A DNA stretch of 50,555 nucleotides from assembly GCF_007126715.1 (NCBI RefSeq), contig NZ_SLAT01000178.1, one strand, 5' to 3'. The translations under genes were made by a program, and so were the position numbers. Below the pieces are notes generated by a model that worked only from the letters and a program-made list of their open reading frames with translations, searched no databases and was not told the origin of the DNA. Every line of letters begins with the position of its first letter. Within the stretch, counting starts at the first letter, position 1. The stretch comes from Roseinatronobacter sp. GTDB lineage: Bacteria > Pseudomonadota > Alphaproteobacteria > Rhodobacterales > Rhodobacteraceae. Positions 17,691-26,190 of the stretch are shown here, in pieces.

Positions 17691-18771
17691 CGACGATCTC
17701 CGTGGCTCCGCGAACCTGAAAATTAATGCAATCCCCCTCAACTGGCCGCATGCCCTCGACGCGGCACAGACGGCCCTCGACCTCCAACTCTATACGGTCC
17801 TCTTCCTGATCCATCGTCAGGAACCAGATCGTTGCTGTTGCCTGCCCCTCGCCATCGTCGCTGGTGTAGAATACCCTCGGCATGGGGCCTTCCCCGTCAA
17901 CGACAAAGAGAACCTCGACAGGGATGCTTTCGCCCTCAGGGACGGGGGCTTGTGTCCAGATATTCAGGCTCAGCACATCCTGATACAGAAAATTCGCGGA
18001 TGCCGGGGAATGCCCTTGCAGTGACAGATGCACTGTCCCGTCATCGGTCTGACCATAGCTGGCGGTCGCGCTGGCACCCGCGCGCGTGATGGTCAACCAT
18101 TCAAAGGCATCGGTGCCGACCATCCCCTCCAGCCGTCCGAGTATTTCGACCTCGACCGCGCGTGACCCCTGCGCTGCCGGGGCGTCGAGCCCGGCGCTGG
18201 CCGCCGTGAATTCGATCGCTCCGCCCTTGCAGATCATCCCGCCATTTTGCAGAACGGGCGTGAAATCATCATTCTCGACCTCGTGCAGGCAGAACCGGCG
18301 TGATGAAAATTGCCCGCTGACCGTTCCTTCGTCTGTGGTCAGATCCAGCATGATATCAACCGCCTCGGCGCGGTCCAGTTCTGCCAGCCAGATCGTGCTG
18401 GGGTCCGTGTTTGGGTCGGGCCAGTCCTCGATCAGGATGACTTCGGCCGCGACCAGCATATCGGTTGTGAATTGCGCGGGCGCTGTGGCGCCATCGGCCT
18501 CGAATGTCAGGCCGATCATGATCGCGTCATAGGGACCTTTGCCAGGCGCATGGGCTGTCAGGTCGATGTATAGTTCCGCACCGCCGGAAAACTCCATAAG
18601 CTCGATCATCAGGCCGTCATCCGGTGCATCGGGGCTGCCGACGGCGATATCGAACACCTCTCCGTCAATCTGCCCCAGGATGCGTCCGTCCTGCGCAATG
18701 CCCGCAACCGGGATGGCGCTTAACAAAATACCAAGGGCGGCGGCATGGCCGAGATGGGTTATACAGTGCAT
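17671..18771 (-). CDS. Secreted acidic hypothetical protein with two internally duplicated domains
   Basis: Signal peptide MHCITHLGHAAALGILLSAIPVAGIA-Q; GAGG RBS before ATG 18771; overlaps the downstream gene by 20 nt. Confidence 0.75.
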   Translation of the reverse strand: MHCITHLGHAAALGILLSAIPVAGIAQDGRILGQIDGEVFDIAVGSPDAPDDGLMIELMEFSGGAELYIDLTAHAPGKGPYDAIMIGLTFEADGATAPAQFTTDMLVAAEVILIEDWPDPNTDPSTIWLAELDRAEAVDIMLDLTTDEGTVSGQFSSRRFCLHEVENDDFTPVLQNGGMICKGGAIEFTAASAGLDAPAAQGSRAVEVEILGRLEGMVGTDAFEWLTITRAGASATASYGQTDDGTVHLSLQGHSPASANFLYQDVLSLNIWTQAPVPEGESIPVEVLFVVDGEGPMPRVFYTSDDGEGQATATIWFLTMDQEEDRIELEVEGRLCRVEGMRPVEGDCINFQVRGATEIVDAGAPF

Positions 18772-19463
18772 CAGGAGCCTCATAGAAAGGAAATTGGTTG
18801 AGGCAAAGCAGGTGCAGCGCGCGGCACAGCATCCACCTCTGTCGCAGGCCGCGTTGTCGTGGTGGTGATGGATAGATCCACACACTGCGAAAATGATGGC
18901 ATCACCATCTTCATGCAAAACGGTTCCTTTGTGGTGATCACAGAGCCCGGTGGCGAGAGCACAGCCCTGTCGCTAACCATGTATAAGTCAAAGGAAATGG
19001 TCTGCCCCCCTCTAAACAGAGGGGAGATATTGAATCAGCGTTGATAGCGCAAAGATACATGCTTGTGACCCTCAACAGTGGGCACCGAACGCGTCGATCT
19101 GATATCTCCAAATTGTGACAAAACGAGTGCTGAAACTGCCATCCGGGGCCGCCTTCACACGCCCGCCTTGTTGGATTGCGCGCGGTAGGCTGACCGCAGC
19201 GAGCGGGTTACCACGGCCAAGTTTTGCGGTCTTGGTCAACAGCAGATACCTCGCTGCCGGGCTGCTTACTGCGCATTATTGCCGGTCACTGTCAGTATGA
19301 CGGCGGGCTGCTTTCGCAATGTGCTGCATCTGCGTTGCCACTACCTTAAAGGCGCGTTCTCAGCCCTTGCGAAGGCGAGTGCCTGTCCGAGATGACCGGC
19401 CATTCGCTGATTTGCCCAATCAACTGACGGCAGTCATGTCACGAGCCACGGTTGATACTTGCC

Positions 19464-21446
19464 TCAGTGGCGGTTTCTGGCCCAGCTTTGCAACGCCAGA
19501 TCACGGATGATTCCGATCTCGTCCTCGTCAACGGGCGATTCAGATACTGTCTTCAGCCCGTCATCGTGGAAAATATAAAGTCGTGACGTGAATTGCGAAA
19601 AAGGCAGCGAGGCTTCACCAAGGTGCTCCCCGTTGCCTTGCGTCGAAACGACAATACCATCCCCCCAGTCCTGCCCGCTGTCATTATTGGGGTTGAAGAA
19701 ATACACACGCATGACGCCGGATTGGTCAAGTGCCACCCGGATGATGGATATGGCATGCCAGCCCACGAATGCGCCCTGACTGTCCGTCACGGCAATGCCT
19801 GCGGGCTGTGGGTGGATGACAGGCTCATTGCCATTATGCAGCGGATGATAGGCCGTGTGAAAATCCCGGATGAACTTGTCATATTCGGACAGCTTGCCCG
19901 TCGCGATATCCACTGCAATGTGAAACTCGCGGCCAACCCACCATCCATGCAGTTCGGGGTTGATCCAGCGATGCGGATCTTCGGCACGCCCCGCGACCAA
20001 CCGACCCATTTCTGCATAGATACGGTCCAGATGCGGGACCAGAACAATCGAGACCGGGTCTGCATCCAGCGGGGTGTGCAGGGCCAGGCCTGCGGGCAAC
20101 AGGGCGGAATCCAACGGTTTGCCTTCGAAATACATGATGACACGATCATTCGAGGTGGCTTGTGCAAGCTGCCACAGCAGGTAATCGGGGTCATTGAGCG
20201 CCCACATCGACAGGGCGCGCGCCGATTGACAGGTCGGGTTGTTTCCTTGTCCGATCCCCAAAGGTTGCCCTAACAGAAGCATAACGCCCGCAACAAGCCG
20301 CTGGTGTGGTGTCGCTCCGACACCGAAGGCACTGGTCAGGCTTGCTTCGCAGGCGGGTGTCAGCTTGGAACCCAGAAGGCGCCACAGCGACGGCGCTATG
20401 GGCGGTGAGTAAAGAATGCCGCGTTCCAGAATCAAGGCGATACCGAGCGCAGCTTGCGCGGTTCCCGGATGCACGGCCACCTCGATCAATTGCTGCACAA
20501 GCGCCTGATAGCAGCGAAACGAATCCAATCCGGTATTGCTAAGTCCCAGCGCGTCCGACACCAAATAGCCGTGACCGCTTTCAAGCACGAAGCGCAAGAA
20601 TACCGCGTGATAATCCGACACAAGGCCGGTGTCATGCATCGCGCGCGCCATACCGCTGGCTTCGGCCTGCAATGTGCCTGTATCTGACGCGGCGAGCCGG
20701 TCGCGATAGACCTCCAGCCCCGGATCTTCGCGGCACAGTTCGGTTGGCCCGAAAAGCGCGCTGATCAGCCGGCCTGCGCCCAGTCGCGTATCGCTGGTGC
20801 TAAAGCTCTGACCTTCTTCATTCATGGCAAGCGCGATCTGTAGGATCATTGACTTGACATGATCCACCTGAATGGGGCGCTGGCGCAGGATGCGCCAGAC
20901 TTCATCGACAAGCTGGCCCAGAATGCCTTCGGTTCCGATGCTTGCAAGGATGTGCTTGAGCAAGGCATCCACGGCACCGTCCAACTCGCGCGCTTTGACA
21001 CGGTCAGCTTCGTGATGTGCGCCAAGGATTCGGTCCAGATTCAGCGCCAGTACCTGTGCCAGAAAATGGCGCGCGTGTTCAGAGGGCAGGCTTGGCCGCG
21101 CTTTTTCATCGCGTGCGGCAGAAAGAAAGCGCAGCAGGCTGACACATTCCAGCGCAACAGTCCTCGGTTCGGCCATTTTGAGTGTATTTCCGACCATGCC
21201 GGGAATCAGACTCGACGGTGTGGCCCAGTCGGTGCCTGCAAAAATGCCAGCTTGCTCCAATTCCTCGACGCGCGGTTCAAGCGCCGCGATCCCCTCTGGA
21301 TGTTTCAGAAGGCGTTTGATCGTGTCGAGCATCCGCCCTTGATAGGTCGCCTTGCCCGCTGAAGACGCGGTTGAAAGCTGGGACAGCACATGCTCAAAAC
21401 TACGCAGGATCGGGCTGAGTGTCTCGTCCTGAAAGCTGGTGGTCAT
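19464..21446 (-). CDS. Hypothetical protein (660 aa) with a putative C-terminal papain/calpain-like cysteine peptidase domain
   Basis: Long ORF, AGGA RBS before ATG 21446; motifs GIGQGNNPTCQSARA, GWHAISI, YFFNPNNDSGQDWG. CDS is confident; function is inferred. Confidence 0.8.
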   Translation of the reverse strand: MTTSFQDETLSPILRSFEHVLSQLSTASSAGKATYQGRMLDTIKRLLKHPEGIAALEPRVEELEQAGIFAGTDWATPSSLIPGMVGNTLKMAEPRTVALECVSLLRFLSAARDEKARPSLPSEHARHFLAQVLALNLDRILGAHHEADRVKARELDGAVDALLKHILASIGTEGILGQLVDEVWRILRQRPIQVDHVKSMILQIALAMNEEGQSFSTSDTRLGAGRLISALFGPTELCREDPGLEVYRDRLAASDTGTLQAEASGMARAMHDTGLVSDYHAVFLRFVLESGHGYLVSDALGLSNTGLDSFRCYQALVQQLIEVAVHPGTAQAALGIALILERGILYSPPIAPSLWRLLGSKLTPACEASLTSAFGVGATPHQRLVAGVMLLLGQPLGIGQGNNPTCQSARALSMWALNDPDYLLWQLAQATSNDRVIMYFEGKPLDSALLPAGLALHTPLDADPVSIVLVPHLDRIYAEMGRLVAGRAEDPHRWINPELHGWWVGREFHIAVDIATGKLSEYDKFIRDFHTAYHPLHNGNEPVIHPQPAGIAVTDSQGAFVGWHAISIIRVALDQSGVMRVYFFNPNNDSGQDWGDGIVVSTQGNGEHLGEASLPFSQFTSRLYIFHDDGLKTVSESPVDEDEIGIIRDLALQSWARNRH

Positions 21447-21581
21447 TTGTAACGGTCCTGTTTCACGCAAAGGCACTGCGGCTTATGTGGCGGATATCCT
21501 TGCGGCTATCGCGCGGTGATACAACCCTTCAGGTCGTGTATTAATAGGTAACGCCGCGATCGCGCCTTCCCCGGCTGATTT

Positions 21582-21609
21582 CCTGTGCGGGACAGGCAAC
21601 CCGCACAGG
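21582..21609. repeat. 10-bp stem hairpin downstream of the ATP-grasp gene
   Basis: CCTGTGCGGG-ACAGGCAA-CCCGCACAGG; no U tract on the minus (sense) strand. Confidence 0.6.
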
Positions 21610-21654
21610 CCACACGATCTTGAAGCGATCGACGCGTGATGGCGTGAAAGCTCG

Positions 21655-22881
21655 TCAGAGGTAGAAGTCGAGCTCTTCCTGCGCCTTGAGCAAGTCGCGC
21701 AGGCGATGCGGGTCTTCCCCGAAGAAATAGACAAGCCCCCAATGCGTGCCAAAAGCCGTGCGCTTTGTCACTTTGGATTCCATGGGCGGTGCGAGTTCAT
21801 GGAATTCGAAATACGGGTCGTTCTCGGTTTCCGGTGGGATGCTCAACTCGCTTACCACACGGCGTCGGGGGTAGACGCCGAAGCAGCCGGCATGGCCCTT
21901 GGCATCCTTGATCGGGGTCGGGAAGAACGCGTCCAGTTCATCCTGCGTGGCTTTGGGATCAAAGGCCAGAACCAGCGCCTGATAGGCGTTGAAACCGTAA
22001 GCGCGCTCCATCAACTCGAAAGCATTGAAGCCGGGCGGACGGTAGGCCACCTCACCGAAATACATGGTCCCGTCATTGGTGACAAAATACTCAGGGTGGA
22101 TGAACCCGAAATCAATGTCGAACACCTCGATCAGCTTTTCGATCTGCTCGGTGATCTTGGCGCGGTATTTTTCCAGCTCCGGCGTAGCAGGCACGAAGAC
22201 CGAATAGCCCAGAGTCACATATTCCGAGATATTCAGGAACTGAATCTTACGATCCTTGATCCATGCCTCGACCGCGAATTCCCAGCCGTCAAGATGCGAT
22301 TCCAGTAGGGCCGGGAATTCATCATCGGCAATCGCGGCCACATCATCGGGCGAGCGTATGACCCGGTGGCCAAGGCAACCTGCCTTGTCGAAAGCCTTGA
22401 AATGGATCGGGTCATTCGGGTCCCCGTCCAGTTTCAGCAATGTCTGATTGACGCGCTTTAGAAAGCGGATCACGTCGGTGTGGTCCATCGCTTCCTCGAA
22501 GATGCCGACGCGAATGCCACCAAGCTGCGCACGACGTTTCATCAGGGACTTGTCGCGAAACAGCATCGACTGGCCAAGCAATCGCGGATTTTTCATCAGC
22601 ACCGAGTTGATCGCGCCTGCCCATTCGACAGTTTCTTCAAACAGCGGAATCGCCACATCGACGCCCATGTCCTTCAGCGTGGTTGAAAGCTCAAAGGACC
22701 GGTCATTCAGGCGCTCGAAATCCCAGCTGACGAAGGGGATGCCATGCTGGGTCGCATAGTCCTCGGCCCATTGCGGTGCGACGATCACATAGCGCCGGTC
22801 GAATTTCTCCAGCGCGTCGATGCATCTCAAGCTCCAGCCAAGGATAGCGACATAGCCTTTCTGCGGGTCTTTGGTTTGCAT
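21655..22881 (-). CDS. ATP-grasp carboxylate-amine ligase (L-amino-acid-ligase-like)
   Basis: FRDKSLMKRRAQLGGI, FKAFDKAGCLGHRVI, LLESHLDGWEFAVE, GFIHPEYF, YFGEVAYRPPG; strong AAGGAG RBS. Confidence 0.88.
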   Translation of the reverse strand: MQTKDPQKGYVAILGWSLRCIDALEKFDRRYVIVAPQWAEDYATQHGIPFVSWDFERLNDRSFELSTTLKDMGVDVAIPLFEETVEWAGAINSVLMKNPRLLGQSMLFRDKSLMKRRAQLGGIRVGIFEEAMDHTDVIRFLKRVNQTLLKLDGDPNDPIHFKAFDKAGCLGHRVIRSPDDVAAIADDEFPALLESHLDGWEFAVEAWIKDRKIQFLNISEYVTLGYSVFVPATPELEKYRAKITEQIEKLIEVFDIDFGFIHPEYFVTNDGTMYFGEVAYRPPGFNAFELMERAYGFNAYQALVLAFDPKATQDELDAFFPTPIKDAKGHAGCFGVYPRRRVVSELSIPPETENDPYFEFHELAPPMESKVTKRTAFGTHWGLVYFFGEDPHRLRDLLKAQEELDFYL

Positions 22882-22910
22882 GAATTCTCCTTCATGATGT
22901 GCATTTAGAC

Positions 22911-22937
22911 GATATGCCCATGTTCCTTGGACATATC
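22911..22937. promoter_or_regulatory. Inverted repeat (candidate operator or 5'-UTR hairpin) upstream of the ATP-grasp gene
   Basis: GATATGCCCA-N7-TGGACATATC, 9 of 10 positions complementary, at the edge of an AT-rich promoter region. Confidence 0.45.
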
Positions 22938-23653
22938 AAATCGCATCAAAAACTTTCTAACACGAATTATCTTTACGCGCCACCCGCTGTAGGATGATCG
23001 CATAAGATATTGAAATATATTGCTATTGCTAATATTCAAGTTGGAGATGGCAAATTTATTACTTAGATGCTCTAAATAGTTTCCGAATGCCTTGCTGCGG
23101 CATAACCCTCACAGACCAGCAGGTTGTGAGCAGGTAAATCGAGAGTCCGTGCACATCGCCTGCCTTGGCATATTGACGGGAAACAGATGCTGCGCGGGGA
23201 AAGGCGGCTGGAACACCCATGTTCGATTCCTATCGTCCGACCTGTCGAAAAAGCAGACGGACACAGGTTTTGAAACTGGGGGCAACCCCCAGATTTGCCG
23301 CTGATTATCGTGTTCCACGGCCCGGATTTCAGCTAAGTTGCAGTCTGCAATCCGGCATGACTTCTCCGATTGCCGATGCGCAGTTTCATTCGGTTAGCCT
23401 GCCAAGGGGCCTTACTTGCAACTATCGGCTTCGTGAAGGCGCGGATGAGCCGGAAACCCTCGCTTCCACACTACACCGAAGCTGTCCCATGGCGCTGGTG
23501 ACTGCCACTGGACACACAAGAAAAATCCTTCGCGGGATCTGTGCAACAAAGCCTCGCACGATCCTGTGATCAGTAAATACGTATTCCAGTGCTTGAAATG
23601 ATCGCTTGCCAGCATTTTGTGACAATGAGGTTTGATTGCACAAGGAGATAGAT

Positions 23654-24079
23654 ATGAAACGCATGGGTTATGCTATATGGAAAGGTGATCTCAAAACCGG
23701 GGTTGGCACTACAAGCACTGAGAGCGGTGTGTTGAAAGATGCCAAATACGGGTTTTCCACTCGGTTCGAGGATGGCCCTGGTACCAATCCAGAGGAATTG
23801 ATTGGTGCCGCTCATGCCAGTTGTTTTTCAATGGCGCTGTCACTTATCTTGAGTGAACACGGCCTTACCGCCGACCAGATCGCCACGACTGCAACAGTGA
23901 AACTGGACAAGGTAGACGGGGGCTTTGCTGTCACCGCTGTTCATCTTGACATGGTTGCGGATATTCCGGGCGCATCAGAGGATACCTTTATGGCTGCGGC
24001 AGAAGCGGCAAAATCAGGATGTCCTATTTCCAAGCTTCTGAATGCCGAGATCACGCTCTCTGCGAAATTGAACAGCTAG
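23654..24079 (+). CDS. osmC: OsmC family peroxiredoxin
   Basis: [45 protein letters not shown]; AAGGAG RBS. Confidence 0.95.
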   Translation: MKRMGYAIWKGDLKTGVGTTSTESGVLKDAKYGFSTRFEDGPGTNPEELIGAAHASCFSMALSLILSEHGLTADQIATTATVKLDKVDGGFAVTAVHLDMVADIPGASEDTFMAAAEAAKSGCPISKLLNAEITLSAKLNS

Positions 24080-24259
24080 GCTGGATCAAATTGAACGGGC
24101 CATGCGCGTGATTTCGCAGACGCGACCGCTTGTTTTAACCGGCATAAGAAACGACAGCACCGGCGGCAAAGGCTGCCGGACTACACCATTCAAACCAATA
24201 TTATCGCGTGGGTTTACTTATCCGGCGCGATGCAGGGTCAGGAGCCGCTGGTGCAAATG

Positions 24260-25429
24260 CTACAAAAGCACACTCGGGTCGCCAAAGCCTTGGGGTATAT
24301 AGAGGTTATGCGGGCCAAGGTTTTTCACATCCGTCTCGCCACATAGGGCCATGGTGATATCAAGTTCCTTGTGGATCACCTCTAGCGCCTTGGTCACGCC
24401 GGCCTGACCCATCGCGCCCAGACCATAGGTATAGGCGCGCCCGATATAGGTTGCCTTGGCCCCCAGTGCCAGCGCCTTTAGCACATCCTGACCAGAGCGG
24501 ATACCGCTATCGAGATGGACCTCGACATCCTTGCCCACGGCCTCGACAATCGAGGGCAGCATACGGATTGAACTGACTGCGCCATCCAGTTGGCGGCCAC
24601 CGTGGTTGGACACGACAATCGCATCCGCGCCTATATCGGCTGCGCGGCGTGCATCTTCTGGGTCCATGATTCCCTTGACGATGACCTTGCCACCCCACCA
24701 TTCCTTGAACTGTGCGATCCGGTCCCAGTTCAGGGCCGGGTCGAACGCCTCGGCGGTCCAGGTCGACAGCGATGACGGGTCGCTGACGCCTTTCGCATGG
24801 CCGACGATATTGCCAAAGAAACGGCGCTTGGTGCCCAGCATCTCCAGCCCCCAAGGGATTTTCGTCATCATATTGGCGATGGATTTGGCGGTCAGCTTGG
24901 GTGGGGCAGACAGGCCGTTTTTCAGATCCTTGTGGCGCTGGCCCAAGACCTGAAGATCGACCGTAATCACGATGGCTGAACATTTGGCCGCATGCGCACG
25001 TTCGAACAGGCGGCGCATGAAGTCGTCGTCTTTCAGCGTATAGACCTGAAACCAGAACGGGTTTTTCGTATGCGCCGCCACATCCTCGATCGAGCAGATC
25101 GACATTGTTGACAGCGTATAGGGCACGCCAAATTTCTCGGCTGCGCGGGCGGCCTTGATTTCGCCATCGGCAGATTGCATGCCTGTCAGCCCGACCGGCG
25201 CAAGGCCGACCGGCATGGCCACATCCTGCCCGATCATCTGCGACTTGGTAGAGCGGCCGGACATATCGACGGCAACGCGCTGCTTCAGCCGGATTTGCGC
25301 GAAATCCGAGGTATTTTCTCGGAAGGTCTGTTCTGTCCAGCTGCCCGATTCCGCGTAGTCATAAAACATGCGCGGGGTGCGTCGCTCGTAAATCTTGCGC
25401 AGATCCTCAATATTGGTGATGACGGGCAT
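24260..25429 (-). CDS. lldD: FMN-dependent alpha-hydroxy acid dehydrogenase (L-lactate dehydrogenase)
   Basis: PRMFYDYAESGS, LSTMSICSIE, VSNHGGRQLDGA, DSGIRSGQDVLKALALGA. Confidence 0.92.
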   Translation of the reverse strand: MPVITNIEDLRKIYERRTPRMFYDYAESGSWTEQTFRENTSDFAQIRLKQRVAVDMSGRSTKSQMIGQDVAMPVGLAPVGLTGMQSADGEIKAARAAEKFGVPYTLSTMSICSIEDVAAHTKNPFWFQVYTLKDDDFMRRLFERAHAAKCSAIVITVDLQVLGQRHKDLKNGLSAPPKLTAKSIANMMTKIPWGLEMLGTKRRFFGNIVGHAKGVSDPSSLSTWTAEAFDPALNWDRIAQFKEWWGGKVIVKGIMDPEDARRAADIGADAIVVSNHGGRQLDGAVSSIRMLPSIVEAVGKDVEVHLDSGIRSGQDVLKALALGAKATYIGRAYTYGLGAMGQAGVTKALEVIHKELDITMALCGETDVKNLGPHNLYIPQGFGDPSVLL

Positions 25430-25491
25430 TCGGGCTCCCCCCTGAAATTGGTAAAAAATGTTTACCGAAGCCAAGGGGCTGATGCAAGTGT

Positions 25492-26040
25492 TCAGCCAAG
25501 CACGCGCCTGACCCAGCCCTTTTTCTTGGGCGGGGCTTGTTCTGCATCGTTTTCTGCCAAGGATGGGTTCTCGGGATCTGATTGCTCTGTCGCCGGTGGG
25601 CCTTCGATTTCGGCTTGGAACCGCGTGAAGAATTCGCCCGCCATGCGACGCGCAAACCCATCGACAATTCGACTGCCAAGCTGCGCCAGCTTGCCGCCAA
25701 CCTTGGCGTCCACCTCATAGCTTAGCAATGTCCCGCCATTCTCGCCGGGCGACAGTCTTACATGCGCGTCACCTTTGGCAAACCCGGCTGCACCACCCTT
25801 GCCTTCGCCTGACAGGGTGCAGCTTTCACCCTCGACGACGTCTTTCATGGTGACAACGCCCTTGAAGGTGGCTTTCACAGGGCCAACCTTTTGCACGACA
25901 ACTGCCTCGTAACCATCTGCGGCCGAGCCGCTGAGTTCCTGACATCCGGGCACACAGGCCCGCAATACTTCAGGATCAAACAGCGCGGTCCAGACAGTTT
26001 CTGGCGGGGCTGCGATCTGGCGTTCATCAGACATCTGCAT
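25492..26040 (-). CDS. coxG: CoxG/SRPBCC family protein
   Basis: LFDPEVLRACVPGC, KVGPVKATFKG, GEGKGGAAGFAKG, VGGKLAQLGSRIVD. Confidence 0.9.
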   Translation of the reverse strand: MQMSDERQIAAPPETVWTALFDPEVLRACVPGCQELSGSAADGYEAVVVQKVGPVKATFKGVVTMKDVVEGESCTLSGEGKGGAAGFAKGDAHVRLSPGENGGTLLSYEVDAKVGGKLAQLGSRIVDGFARRMAGEFFTRFQAEIEGPPATEQSDPENPSLAENDAEQAPPKKKGWVRRVLG

Positions 26041-26190
26041 GGCGTGACCTTTCCTTTGGCTTTGCGCATAGGGTAGGGGATTGGCGCGTGTTGGAAAAGA
26101 AGGCTTTGGTCGCATGGACTTTGGTCTTAGGCTGTGGCTTTGACCACCTGCGCGATTGACGCCTGCGCAAATTTATGGCCTGAATTTACG

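Noticed and set aside
18772-18918. His/Cys-rich N-terminal extension (HHHHDNAACDRGGCCAARCTC) of the 415-aa ORF as a metal-binding domain
   Set aside because: It needs a TTG start and would precede a clear signal peptide that has its own RBS and ATG at 18771; more likely an ORF-calling artefact.
21655-23220. Graspetide (microviridin-type) RiPP cluster
   Set aside because: The ligase motifs look L-amino-acid-ligase-like, and no repeated Thr/Lys-Asp/Glu precursor or transporter is adjacent.
25492-26040. coxG as evidence for CO oxidation
   Set aside because: No coxMSL genes in the window; stand-alone CoxG/SRPBCC genes are common.
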